From Stegostoma tigrinum (taxonomy: Eukaryota), in assembly GCF_030684315.1 (NCBI RefSeq), contig NC_081382.1:16846592-16910591 (forward strand): DNA of 64,000 nt. Reading direction: 5' to 3'. This document shows, piece by piece, positions 13,601-26,591 of this stretch (position 1 is its first letter; each line of letters begins with the position of its first letter). The notes under the pieces are model-generated. The model saw only the letters and a program-made list of their open reading frames with translations. It did not search any database and had not been told where the DNA came from. The position numbers and the translations under genes were made by a program.

Positions 13601-13795
13601 AGATAACAAGGGGTAGAGCTGATGAACACAGCAGGCCAAGCAGCATCAGAGGAGCAGGAAAGCTTTCTGAAGAAGGGTCTAGGCCCAGAACGTCAGCTTT
13701 CCTGCCCCTCTGATGCTGCTTGGCCTGCTGTGTTCATCCAACTCTACACCTGGTTATCTCAGATTCTCCAGCATCTGCAGTTCCTACTATCTCTG
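13601..13795 (+). repeat. Palindromic Penelope-terminus-derived element (family 1)
   Basis: Inverted arms GATGAACACAGCAGGCCAAGCAGCATC / GATGCTGCTTGGCCTGCTGTGTTCATC around CTGAAGAAGGGTCTAGGCCCAGAACGTC. TSD AAGTGTGTT(A/G)TAT. Confidence 0.85.
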
Positions 13796-14323
13796 AAGTG
13801 TGTTGTATTATGTGATAGGGCCTTTTAATTCCTCTTGTACATCCACTTAGGATAATCGATTATCCTGGATCTCAGGAGCTGCTCAGGAGTGTCTCAGGCA
13901 GCAAATGTATATAAATCCCTGATTCATGCTGCACCCCAAGAAAGAACCTGCTCAAGCTTCTTTCCACTTAAATTAATGAAAAAATAATTGGCAGTTTATA
14001 TTCCAAATATGTGCTTCAACCTGCCTGAATCCCAATACTGAGCCAGCGTGATCAAGCAGACATCCAGACATTCCTTCTTAATTATTTCAGAAGTATTACA
14101 AACTTATTGTGGATATTTTGCATTATAAACAGCTTACGACCATAAATATTTAAGTAAACGTCTCTTGAATGTGATGTATCTGTAAATCTCAGGATGTGTT
14201 CTTAAGGCATAGATTATGTTTAGTGTTCCATAAAAAGAATAGTATCTTAAAGAGCAATATTTGGCTACTTTGTTGTTAAAATAAATACCTTGAATTAAAT
14301 ATGAACTGTTTTGCATTATTCAG

Positions 14324-14413
14324 ATCTGCAGCCAGGTACTGAATATGGTTTTGGAGTTAGTGCCATTAAAGACCACCAGGAGAGTGCCCCTGCTACCATT
14401 AATGTAGCCACAG
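14324..14413 (+). CDS. TNC: TNC exon, FNIII-4 C-half (90 nt)
   Basis: ttcag|ATCTG...ACAG|gtaaga. Encodes [30 protein letters not shown]. Confidence 0.95.
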
Positions 14414-15059
14414 GTAAGAATAAGGTGTCTGATAAGAGGCTGAATTCATTGAATTCTGCAAAAACAAAACAGAACTTAAAGGCACAGCAATGATTCTGTC
14501 TCTGCTTCTAAAGTACCAACATTTACTTTAATCACTCGCTTCCTTTTATGTATTTGTAAGTACTCTTACAATCTGTTTTTATATTGCTGGCTAAGAATAC
14601 TCTAATTTTATTTCCCCTTTTTTTAAATCAAGTTAAACAACTCTTTGCTGTTTTCTAAGACACTTCCAATCTTCAGATTTGCTACTATTCTTTGCAAAAT
14701 ATTAAACTTCTTCTTTTTAACATAAGCCATCCTTATATTGTTGAGTAAGCTATAGATGGATCATGCTTGCTTGTTTTCAATTTGTAAATCATTTTGAATC
14801 ATCTCTTTAAATGTTTTGTGCTATTGTATGTTGTCAAGCTTAACGTGGAATTCAATCTATTTTGAACAACTGATTTCACAGCAGATATTTTGTTATAATA
14901 GTATCAATTAGCTCTGTTTCAGTACACAATATTGGGTGTAAAGTATCTTCATCATTGGTTGGTTCCACATTTGTTGCTCCAGGAAATTGCTACAAAAACA
15001 TCATCAGACTCATTCTCTAAGCCATCCTTGATAATTTGATTGGCTCAGTTTCATGTTAA

Positions 15060-15470
15060 AGGAAAATAAAGGGAGGTAGGAGATCAGCGAGCTTGAGGCC
15101 TCTGCAATTGAAGGCAAGGCCACCAGTGGTATAGGGATTAAACTTGCAATGCAGAACAGGCCAAAACTGGAAGAGAGCTGATATCTTGGAGTATTGTAGA
15201 GCTAGAGGAGATTGTAAATACAGAATGAGGCAGGGCCTTGTAGAGAACTGGAAACAAGGATGAGAACTTTAAAAGCATGCCTTTGCATGATGAAGAGCCA
15301 ACGTAGGCCATTGAGCACAGAGACGAGAGGAGAATGGTAGCAGAGTTTTGGATGATTTCAAGTTTACAGAGAGTCGAGTGTGGAACAGCAATCAACCATG
15401 TATTGACGTAATTGAAGGCATGAGTGAAGATTTCAGCATCAGATGAACTGAGACCAGAGCAGTAGTAAGT
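15060..15470 (-). mobile_element. L2-type LINE 3' fragment
   Basis: Minus-strand ORF TLCKLEIIQNSATIL resembles the L2 C-terminal KLQLIQNSAARIL. Confidence 0.6.
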
Positions 15471-15711
15471 GAGACCAGGCTAGTAAGTGAGACAAAGACC
15501 TTGACTGATTTGTTTCCCCTTATACTACTCAGAGGTGCAGTAGCCAGTTGCTACCATCATGCCAAAGTGAGATCAGCAAACTCAATACAGACACTGGGCT
15601 AAACTTGAAGAGTGTCTGGCATGGTGAAGTTCCATATTGAGTCATATACTCCCAAGCCCAGGAATCAAAAACAATGCAATCACTTATACATTTTAATCAT
15701 TGTTTCTGCAG

Positions 15712-15975
15712 ACTTGGACAGTCCAAAAGACTTGAAAGTGATTGAGACAACAGAGAACTCAATTACTCTGACGTGGAAACGACCACTAGCAACAGTAGAC
15801 CGTTACTACATCATCTATATCTCATCCACCGAAGAGAAGAATGAGGACATTGTGGCAGCTGATGCAGTCTCCTACATCCTGACTGGGCTTGCCCCTGCAG
15901 CTGAGTACAACATTATCCTTATAGCACAGCGAGGTAAACAGAAGAGCAGGGCTTCCACCATCACTGCTTCTACAG
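15712..15975 (+). CDS. TNC: TNC exon, FNIII-5 (264 nt)
   Basis: tgcag|ACTTG...ACAG|gtaagg. Encodes DLDSPKDLKVIETTENSITLTWKRPLATVDRY...EYNIILIAQRGKQKSRASTITAST. Confidence 0.95.
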
Positions 15976-18462
15976 GTAAGGAAAACTTTTGAATGCCATC
16001 TCGATCTCCTCACTTTTTAGTTAAATTATGAATGTTTCATCTGTGTTGTTCTTATAGAGGCAAGCATTTCAAAAAACGTTTTATCTTCACAGAGACTCTT
16101 CCAACAGTGTTTCTTTCTTTCAAAACACAAATGTGGGATTGTCGAGGGCAATATTAACTTTATCTGTCCACTGCAAAACCGAGCATGATTAGGTGCAGTG
16201 TTCATTTTCCAGACAACTTGGTTTCAAACTCTATAGAAGGCAATGGGGCACAATATTTATTCTCGTGGCCTTCAATCTGATCCTGTCAGCTTCCTATTGT
16301 GCAGCAGAGGTTGTAAGAGCCCTCTCCCTGTTTGATTTGCTACTAGAAATAATCAAAGTAATGGTACATTAGTCCATTTGTTTTTGCGCAATGGATATTC
16401 CTTTTCCAAACAAATTCATGGTTGATTGATTTACAAGACCTGTCCCTATAATCTAACATAAACTAGTAATAGATGAGCCATTTCATATGTTAATATGCGG
16501 ATATAGTAGTGGGCCTTGCACAGTAATGCAGAGTGTTAATAATCAGTAGCACATGTTCAATGATCATAGACTTTCCAACACGGTTGTCCTGTAAACAAGC
16601 CCAGCTTGCTGTTGGCAAACCCTTTGCAGAGTCAATCCCATGATGTAAATGCATTTACAGATGGAATAGATTGTCGGACTCATTCATTTTTATATTTAGT
16701 AATGAAATATTTGGGCAATGCTAGATGGAACTCAGGCTATAATTTGATTATATAAAATGTACTTAATATCCCACGTTGGAATAGAGGGTTGCTTTATGGC
16801 CCTTATGTCTCTGAGCCTATGGAACAAGAGCTACCAATACAAACACAATTCAGATATTATTCATCATTATAGTGTATACAAACTAGCTAGTCATTAACAC
16901 ACAGGTGCTTTTAATATTTAATTAAAATGGTGAAAAGAAAGATCCCTGGGTAGGTCAACATTATGTTTAAATAAAAGAAACTAAAATAAACCGGATCAAC
17001 TATACTACTATCTTGTGACTGTGTAAAACAGCACAATGCAGAAGATTTATTAATTACATGTGCCAAGTGCACCACATGGTGTTGGAGTCAAACTTACAGC
17101 CAAACAAAACAGAATTTTATGTGTTTTTTCTCTTCTGGATGGTATTAACCAAATGTAATGCTTTATAAGCATAAAAACAGCTCCCTTATTCCACTAAACT
17201 TTAACTTTTACAGCATGTCAAATGTTGCAGAAAGTGGAAGATGGAAATTATTTAAAGTAGTAATAAATTATTATCCTAGTTCAGAGTGCCAGACTTAAAG
17301 TCTGCAAAGCGTTTCCCTTTACGCACACTCCAGAGAAAGGTTACTCTGGTGTAGGATTAAAACACTCTTGTTTTTCTCATTCAGGGCTACGTAATCTTGA
17401 CCTTTGAGTATATTTAGATACATTATTAGGAGACCCAGTTAATGGAAATGTTCCCCTAAAGCTCAGAGGTTTATACAGTTGTCGTTAATGTGCCTGGAAT
17501 TTTCTAAAATGTATTAAAGTGAAGAGGATTCCACATCACCAATTTGTATTCTACAAATTGTCACCCTCAACCATCAGCACCACTGACAGTCCTTGAATCC
17601 CACCCCCACATTGAATACTAGAGCCGATGCATGCTGGAAGACAGAGATCAGGTAGGATCTCCAATTTGTGCGGAACAGTGAGAGATGCAGAAATTGCATC
17701 TTCTCAGCGCATTAGGGAGAAATTGTCCAGGGAACTTTTGATCAGGGTAGATCCAGCTCATGTCTGATCGTCTGGTGAGACCATTATTGGCCTCAAAATA
17801 CACATAGGTTGCCTACTCTGGGAACCAAAGTTCACATGGAGATGGGGGCTACTTTGATAATATACCATAGATCGTTCACCCATGTTGGACAAACTGCAAG
17901 AACTAGTCCATGAGGGAACATAATTAAAAGAAAATTTGGAGGGAAAAAAGAATCAGAAATGTATAACAAATGTAATGGATTCCCTTTTAGCCTGAAAACC
18001 TGAACTATTCCATCATTTGAATGCATCAAATTTCTCATTTGAAAGCAATGCTGATGCATATATGAATTTGCTCCCTCAATGTAAATATTAAATTTATAAT
18101 TCTAATAGGGAAACATCTGCTGTGTGTTAATGAAATTGGCTGCCAAAGCTCACTAATTAAACTTTCTGGAGAATTCAAATGGGTAAACTTTCAACTGGCT
18201 AAATGAATAAATTTAAACATTGATTTTTGTTCATTTTCTCCTTTTTTGCAATTTCAAAGCAATATGAAATTTACTTATTGTATGTTCTGTTTCCTATAAG
18301 GATTTTTATGATGACAATAATCATGAAGAAAAACTCTCTGAGGACTTACTTACACGTTATGTTTTACACAAGTTCCTAACTCTTTACATATTGCATCCTC
18401 CACCTGTTCCCTTCAAGTTATGAAAGCCATGTTAAATTCTCAATTTTAACAATACCATTGAG

Positions 18463-21400
18463 TTAGAACACGGAACTGTACAGGACAGGAACGGGCCTTT
18501 CAACCCAAATTGTTGTGCCAAACATGGTGCCAAATGCAACTAACCCCATCTGTCTGCCATTGGCCCATATCCTTCCACTCCATGCATATTGATATGCTTA
18601 TCCAAAAGTCCCTTAAATGCACCTATTTTGTCTACCTTCATCTCCACCTTTGGCAGTTCCAGACTCCTACCATGCTCTGTGTAAAAAATGTGGTCCTCAC
18701 TTCTTCTTTGAACTTTCCCCTCTAACCTTAAATGCATACCCCCGAGTACGAGACCCTTGAACTTTCAGAAAATGATTCAGACCTTCAACCCTGTCTATGC
18801 ATCTCATAAATTTCCAGACTTCTATCAAGCCTCCTCTCAGCTTGCGCCACTCGAGAGAAAACAACCCGAGATTTTAGAACATAGAACATAGAACAGTACA
18901 GCACAGAACAGGCCCTTCAGCCCACAATGTTGTGCCGACCATTGATCCTCATGTATGCACCCTCAAATTTCTGTGACCATATACATGTCCAGCAGTCTCT
19001 TAAATGACCCCAATGACCTTGCTTCCACAACTGCTGCTGGCAACGCATTCCATGCTCTCACAACTCTCTGCGTAAAGAACCTGCCTCTGACATCCCCTCT
19101 ATACTTTCCACCAACCAGCTTAAAACTATGACCCCTCGTGCTAGCCATTTCTGCCCTGGGAAATAGTCTCTGGCTATCAACTCTATCTATGCCTCTCATT
19201 ATCTTGTATACCTCAATTAGGTCCCCTCTCCTCCTCCTCTTCTCCAATGAAAAGAGACCGAGCTCAGTCAACCTCTCTTCATAAGATAAGCCCTCCAGTC
19301 CAGGCAGCATCCTGGTAAACCTCCTCTGAACCCTCTCCAAAGCATCCACATCTTTCCTATAATAGGGCGCCCAGAACTGGACACAGTATTCCAAGTGCGG
19401 TCTAACCAAAGTTTTATAGAGCTGCAACAAGATCTCACGACTCTTAAACTCAATCCCCCTGTTAATGAAAGCCAAAACACCATATGCTTTCTTAACAACC
19501 CTGTCCACTTGGGTGGCCATTTTAAGGGATCTATGTATCAGCACACCAAGATCCCTCTGTTCCTCCACGCTGCCAAGAATCCTATCCTTAATCCTGTACT
19601 CAGCTTTCAAATTCGACCTTCCAAAATGCATCACCTCGCATTTATCCAGGTTGAACTCCATCTGCCACCTCTCAGCCCATCTCTGCATCCTGTCAATGTC
19701 CCGCTGCAGCCTACAACAGCCCTCTACACTGTCAACGACACCTCCAACCTTTGTGTCGTCTGCAAACTTGCTGACCCATCCTTCAATCCCCTCATCCAAG
19801 TCATTAATAAAAATTACAAACAGTAGAGGCCCAAGGACAGAGCCCTGTGGAACCCCACTCACCACTGACTTCCAGGCAGAATATTTTCCTTCTACTACCA
19901 CTCGCTGTCTTCTGTTGGCCAGCCAATTCTGTATCCAAGCAGCTAAGTTCCCCTGTATCCCATTCCTCCTGACCTTCTGAATGAGCCTACCATGGGGAAC
20001 CTTATCAAATGCCTTACTGAAGTCCATATACACCACATCCACAGCTCGACCCTCATCAACTTTTCTAGTCACATCCTCAAAAAACTCAATAAGGTTTGTA
20101 AGGCATGACCTACCCCTCACAAAGCCGTGTTGACTGTATTTGATCAAGCCATGCTCTTCCAGATGGTCATAAATCTTATCCCTCAGAATCCTTTCTAACA
20201 CCTTGCAGACGACAGACGTGAGACTTACTGGTCTATAATTGCCGGGGATTTCCCTATTTCCTTTCTTGAAGAGAGGAATTACATTTGCCTCTCTCCAGTC
20301 CTCAGGTATGACTCCAGTGGAGAGCGAGGATGCAAAGATCTTCGCAAGTGGCGAAGCAATTGCATTTCTCGCTTCCCAAAGCAGCCGAGGACAAATCTGT
20401 CGGGCCTGGCGACTTGTCAATCTTAATGTTTGACAAAATTTTCAGCACATCAGCTTCCTCTATCTCTATCCATTCCAGCATGCACACCTGCTCTTCAAAG
20501 TTTTCATTCACTAAGGTTTCATTTTCTAGCCTTCCTTCTTAGCTCATGACCTCTAATCCAAGCAGTGGCTTGGTAAACCTCTTCTGCACCCTCTCCAAAC
20601 CTCCAAATCTTTCCTGTAATGTGGCAACCAGGATTGAACCCAAAACTTTAAATATGGTCTAACAAAAGTCTTATAAATGCTGCAACATGACATCCTGACT
20701 CTTGAAATCCATTCCCCAACCCAAGCATGTTTATATGCCTTCTTTACCACCGTATCTCCTTGCGTGATTACTTTCAGGGAGCTATGGACTTGAACCCCAA
20801 GATCCTTCTGTACACCAGTACTGTTCAGGGTCCTGCCATTAACCACACACTTTTTCCGAACATTTGATCTCCCAAAGTGCAACATACCTCACATCTGGAT
20901 TAAACTCCTTCTGTCATTTCTCTGCCCATATCTGCAACTGATCTATATCCTGCAATCTCCTTCAACAACTTTCTACACTATCCAAGACACCAGCGATCTT
21001 CATTTCATCCACAAACTTACTAACCAACCAACTACATTTTACATATACTCCGAACAGCAGAGGTCCCAGTATGGATGTCTGCGGGACACCACTAGACACA
21101 AAAAGTGTCAGCCTGAAAAACACCCTTCTATCACAACCCTGCATCTTCTATGTGTAAGTTAATTCTGAATCCAGGCAGCCAAGTCACTGTGGATCCCATG
21201 CATCTTAATCTTCTGGATGAGTCTACCATGATGGGCTTTGTTGAAATCCATACTAAACTCTATGTAAATAACATCCGCTTCTCTACCCCCATTGATAATC
21301 TTCATCACCTCCTCGAAAAATTCAATCAAGTTGTTAAGAGATGACCTGCCCTGCACAACGCTACGTTGGCTATCCCCAATTAGGCCATGCTTTTCTAAAT

Positions 21401-21537
21401 GTACATAAGTTCTACCCTTAAGAATTCTCTCCAATAGCTTCCCAACCACCAATGTGAGACTCGCGGTCTGTGGTTTCCTGGATTCTACCTATTTCCCTTC
21501 TTGAACAGAGGAACAACATTAGTTGCACGCCAGTTTT
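18463..21537 (-). mobile_element. Older degenerate CR1 LINE split by a nested young CR1 (parts 20526-21537 and 18463-18870)
   Basis: Fragmented RT ORFs (VVGKLLERIL, SGVPQTSILGPLLF, KDLGVQVHSS). The sequence reads continuously across the inner insertion. Confidence 0.88.
18876..20520 (-). mobile_element. Young 5'-truncated CR1 LINE with open RT ORF (18963-~20400)
   Basis: About 480 aa without stops, including NYRPVSLTS, DFSKAFDKV, GVPQGSVLGPLLF and KFADD. Has a (TTCTATG)n tail and TSD ATTTT (18871-18875, 20521-20525). Confidence 0.95.
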
Positions 21538-22009
21538 GAGCCTGTTTTTAAGTTCCTTAGAAAGCAAATATGAGAAACAATCTAACGGGCTAAACGGTGA
21601 GACATCTCATTACTTAAATTATTTTGATAAAGTTTAAGGGGTTGATTTGGATTTGTGAGGCTTGGCTATCGACCCTCTCCAACTGTCTCCAACATTACCA
21701 TGCAGACAAGGCACTCAACTAAACCAGACAGGAAGCTGCTGATTTTATGTCCTACATCAGTTATAGAACTCCCAAATAACAGCAGGAATGGGGAAGGAAG
21801 TATATTGCTCTGAGATTGATGTTTGCTGACAGATGGTGGGAAAGTTAAGAGGGCTGCTGGGGTGTTAACTTAATCACTTTATCAGTTTATGAAGAATAAA
21901 ACAAGACACCAATGCTTTTCAAAATATGGTATTAGATATGCCCACCTCCTGCTCACTACCTGAATCCCAGCCTTCTATCTTAGTAAGTGCACTAGGAACT
22001 CTTACTTTG

Positions 22010-22340
22010 GAATGTGAGCATTGCTATTTGCTCATCCCTTTACCTTAATGGCTTGCTAGACCATTTCAGAGAGTAAGCAAATGTCAAGCACATTGCTGTG
22101 GATTTGAAGTTACGTGAAGGGCAGATGAGGTATGACAAATTTCTACTATTAGTAACCTGGTAGATATTTTAAAACAGCCAGTTAGAATTTGATGGTCAGC
22201 ATTAGTGAGACTTGCTTTGAATTCCAGATTGTATTCATTCCATAAGACATGGTGGGATTTCAACCTATAAACCCCAGGACATTAGTCTGCTCCTCTTGAT
22301 TGCTAGGTTACTGACATTATCACTGTGTCATCATCTTCCC
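22010..22340 (-). mobile_element. Degenerate SINE with tRNA-like head (second family)
   Basis: Reverse strand begins GGGAAGATGATGACACAGTGATAATGTC...GGTTGAAATCCCACCATG (A/B-box-like). Confidence 0.5.
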
Positions 22341-23690
22341 ATACAGTTAAATAAAGCCCTTCACCTGTGTATCTTGATAAGATACCATTAACACAGATAA
22401 AGGCAAGCACTTGTTTTGTGGAGGCTCAATAAAAGGATTATTTCTTGGCCCTGATGAATTAATTTGTGCTCCCAATTGTCGCCTATGCCACCTCTCACTA
22501 TTACCCTCTCTCTAAAAATCCCCTTTCTATTGTTTCTGTAACTAGCAGGCAGCTCTTGACCACCATATCATTCACTGTCAGGAAGGACTCCGTATGAACT
22601 TCCACACACCCATGTCAAATATGTTTGCTGGTTAACCCATATCACTCACAGCATTCCACCGAGAGGAAACTTAACTCATTAGAACAGGATCCCAATGGAA
22701 ACCAGTTCCCTGTTTGAATCTACATCTCATTCACTTCCATACGGAATCGGGCAATGAAAACTGAAAATGCGTTACTGAATATCTTTAAGACATTAGCCAA
22801 GTTTTGAAAGAAAAATTCTGAATCTCTGAAACTCAAAAGTGAGAGAGAAAATGCTGAAAATACATAAGCCCAGGGAAAGTATAGGGAAAAGTTTAAGCTG
22901 GATTGATGTTTTCAATGTTTGTTCTTTATTACATGAAGCTATGTTGAAAGACTTTCACAGGATGTGGATCAATTTGTGGTTAATATCCAGCAGTTGCTGT
23001 TGTATATCTATATTATTGTAGGGATTTTGTGAGGAGTAACTACACATAAAGCTTTGTAAAGGCAAAACACTTCTCCAATCGGGCACGATACTCTTCCCAA
23101 TAGATATTTTAACAGCTTGGCTTTTTTTTTCACCTGCTCAATTCTTCATAAATTACCTCAAGCAATTATGTGAGAATTTCAAAATAGTTATGTACTGCAA
23201 TTACTGGGCTAGGATAATTTCAATATCGTTTCAACATCCCAAATGTAGTCTCATCATTTTGAGAGTTATTCACTGCTGTCCTGCCAGGCATGACTGACAT
23301 TTTTTGGTTAAAAGTTCCATTGCTTGATCAATCAAATGTTTTTTCCATCATTATTCTGATGGCAATGTAAACTGACACATAAAATTTATCCTTCTATTTA
23401 GCTACCAGCTGCACAAAATTGCAGTCCTAAAATAATTATTGACGTGTCCGGCTGTAATTATTGAGATCTCCAGGTATTTCAGTGTCTGTTTCAAAGAACT
23501 GTACATTTACAATAAGTATTACAGAAATGAAAAAAATGGACAGTTTTTAAGAGCAGTGGGGGATAAGTTGAAAAATGTACAGATTGTACATTTTTTATTT
23601 CATATTGTCACGTTCAAAGGAATACATATCATGAACATATTACCGCATGGATTTATACGCAATTCTCTACTCTTTAAAAAAATTCCACAG

Positions 23691-23957
23691 GCCTTGAAGC
23701 ACTGCGAGGTCTTAAATTTTCTGAGATAACTCCCACAACTACCTCAGTGGCTTGGGAAGCTCCTTTAGCTCCCGTTGACATGTTTGTTGTGAACTATAAT
23801 CCTAAAAGCCACGGAGAAACGCAACAGGTTATTGTGAAGGGAGACCAGACCACAGTTGCTCTCACTGATCTGAAGCCTGCCACTGAGTATGTGGTGACAC
23901 TTATGGCTCTTCGAGGCACAGCAAGAACAGAGCCCTTGGTCGGATCTGTCACTACAG
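23691..23957 (+). CDS. TNC: Variable-region exon V1: FNIII repeat resembling the tenascin-R alternatively spliced repeat (267 nt)
   Basis: ccacag|GCCTT...ACAG|gtactt. Encodes GLEALRGLKFSEITPTTTSVAWEAPLAPVDMFVVNYNPKSHGETQQVIVKGDQTTVALTDLKPATEYVVTLMALRGTARTEPLVGSVTT; open and frame-preserving. Confidence 0.9.
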
Positions 23958-26195
23958 GTACTTCACCAAATACTGTAGCTCCATCTTAGTAATGTTTACT
24001 AACTGTTCAAATCATGTGATTGCTGCTGCACGTGAAACATCTTTTTGAAGGGCAAGCTATGAGCTGCAACATATTTTGTGAATCCTATATAAGAATAGGA
24101 TTTACTGGAAATATGTGAGCTTTCCCAAGGTTGACTCCATGTGATCCCTGCTGGATGTAGTCAGTAGAATGCCAATCTTTCCCACTCATCCTTCAGACAT
24201 CTATGGTATTGGCATCAACGAAGCATTTCAACTGGAACCTGCCTGACTAAACATAAACTTTTAACAAAATGACATCTATGTTAGTCTTGGTACAAGTCTG
24301 CAAACAATTTGTTGATTTTACTTAACATGGCCCCATGTTAAGCTTAAAGCTCTGCGTAAGCTGTTTACAATGTAATATATGTTAGAAAAAACTAACATAT
24401 GGTGAGGTATCTCACCATGAGATTTACAGCTTGTTTGAAACTTTATAAAATAAATGGATTGTTGCTTTTTCCAGCATGAAGGCCAAGTAATAATATTGAA
24501 ATATAAAGAACTCTATTGTGGAGAGTTACTTTAAAATCATTTATTTCAATAGCTACCACTAACTCATAACACTTACCCACGTCTCTGTGTGTGCGTACAT
24601 GCATGTAAGCAATAGCAAACAAAACTATGTATCGAAAAATGTTGGTGAAATTAACAACTTATTTGATATCAGGAAAACAATTCTTCAATGCTACTCTCCT
24701 GCAATTTTGACAAGAGAAAGCATAAAAGTCTGTGATTTTGCGGGTTATACCAAACCGGATGCCAAAAGTTTTCAGGTAAAAATACTATTCCGTGCAAAAA
24801 TAGAATTAACACCATTTTGAGCTGGCATGGTAACAAGCAATCAGATTGGAAATATACTCATGAGGCAATTTTAATGTTTAAACCTCAGCAATAAATGCTA
24901 CCATGCATTAAACAAGTTCTGCAGGCAACCCTCCCTGCTGTGCCTACTGCAATAGGAAAATATTTTCACTCAAAGATAAATTACAAAATTACATTCTCTT
25001 GTACTATTAATTAAATTATCTTGCAGTTATTTCTATTCCAATCCCTTGCTGAGGGTATCTTACATCACAATGTTTCACTCCTAACAGTGAGCTGTTTCTC
25101 AATGCTGAAAGAAGTGTTGCTAAGAGATCCATAGAGTGGAGAGGTAGAAGCTCAGAAGTATGTAATTTAAGGCAGAATTCCAAGTCTCTCAATTTTGAAA
25201 TATGTGTAACCTGTGAATGCTATGAACAATGTGTTCAGAATCCTCAGTTTTCAAGCAATTATTGAGAAAGTAGTGTACCCCCCTTGATCCCTGGTTTTGC
25301 TATTCACGGGGTTGTCCACATTCCAGCCCTCAGTTTATACAGAAGAGTGGTATCAGAGGACTCAAAATATCAGAAAGATTGACCTGAACTGCCTCCTCTG
25401 CCAAAATCCTGGACGTAATATTTGCATCCGATATTTGTTCCAAATGCATTGGATCTGTCCAAATTTTACAGCATTGGAATTTTTTATCCAAGATTTAGCT
25501 TAATGGTATCCATGACATTATTTTCCTACCTGACAATCCTGGCCATGATAGGATCTAACATTGATAAAAAGGAAGGGAGATGAGGCATGGATAGGATCTA
25601 CCAGGAGGTCGCTTATCAGCCTAAACATCTGGAGGTAGTGATGGATTTCTTAAAGGAATTCCCATTTATGACCTTCAGCCCCACCATGACACCCTTCCTG
25701 ACCCTTACACAAAAACACTTCGGTCTGGCCAAAACACATTAGCATCTGTTTGGGGAAGCCCAACATTGGAGTGCCGCATGAGCAGACAAACTGGAAAATG
25801 GGACACACTATGTTCTTATGAAGACGGTTCCAGTCCACTCACACTAACTTTGGGCCTGAGCACGGACCTGTACCCTATTTCCAACTCCTACCAATTTTCA
25901 GGGAACAATTTTGCACTGTTTTAATCGAAAAGCTGGCTGATTGTTTCTAACACTGTGTTTTTATTTGCATATAATTAGGTCACTTGCAGGAACCAAGAAG
26001 AAAGCTAATTCATTCAATTGCATCTTTTTCAGGCTATTAACTTTATTTTTAAGAGCTTAAGTATAATCACTGTAATTCCAGATACAGCAGCTGACAACTA
26101 CTTGTGATTAAACAATGCAAACAATTGTAACAATTTTCCCTTCTTCAATACTACTGAACAGATTTGAACTAAAATATTTGAACTACCTTTTGTAG

Positions 26196-26591
26196 CAATA
26201 TTGGAGCCAGCATTCACAGATACTCTGGAGGAGACTGCCACTCCTCCTCCTTACGGAAGAATAACATCCACAGTTGTTTCCTTGATATTAGAAGCTTCGG
26301 TGCCTGAGTTTTCTGGGACTGGTGATGGTGAACTCAGTAACCTAACTGTTTCCAATGTAACCTCGGATGGTATCAAACTTTCCTGGATGGCAGAAGTAGG
26401 ATTCTATGACTATTTTATCATAAAGTATAGAAGTGAGCTTGGAAACGATGGTGAGACAGAGATCTCCGTGACTGGTGATGATTTAGCTGCTGAAATAAGA
26501 GGCCTAATGCCCTCCACTCCTTATAAGATATCTCTTTATGGAATTGCTGGCAATCAACATTCAGAGCCGCTGAACATTATAGCTACCACAG
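26196..26591 (+). CDS. TNC: Variable-region exon V2: linker + FNIII (396 nt; alternative phase-1 acceptor giving 26292-26591)
   Basis: ttttgtag|CAATA...ACAG|gtattt. About 43-aa T/P/E-rich linker, then ELSNLTVSNVTSDGIKLSW...GLMPSTPYKISLYGIAGNQHSEPLNIIATT. The 5' boundary is less certain than the 3'. Confidence 0.85.

Noticed and set aside
15464-15495. Short direct repeat TAGTAAGTGAGAC x2
   Set aside because: Local duplication at the edge of an L2 fragment; no array or functional pattern.
19395-19980. Plus-strand ORFs of 143 and 171 aa
   Set aside because: Antisense shadows of the CR1 RT ORF.
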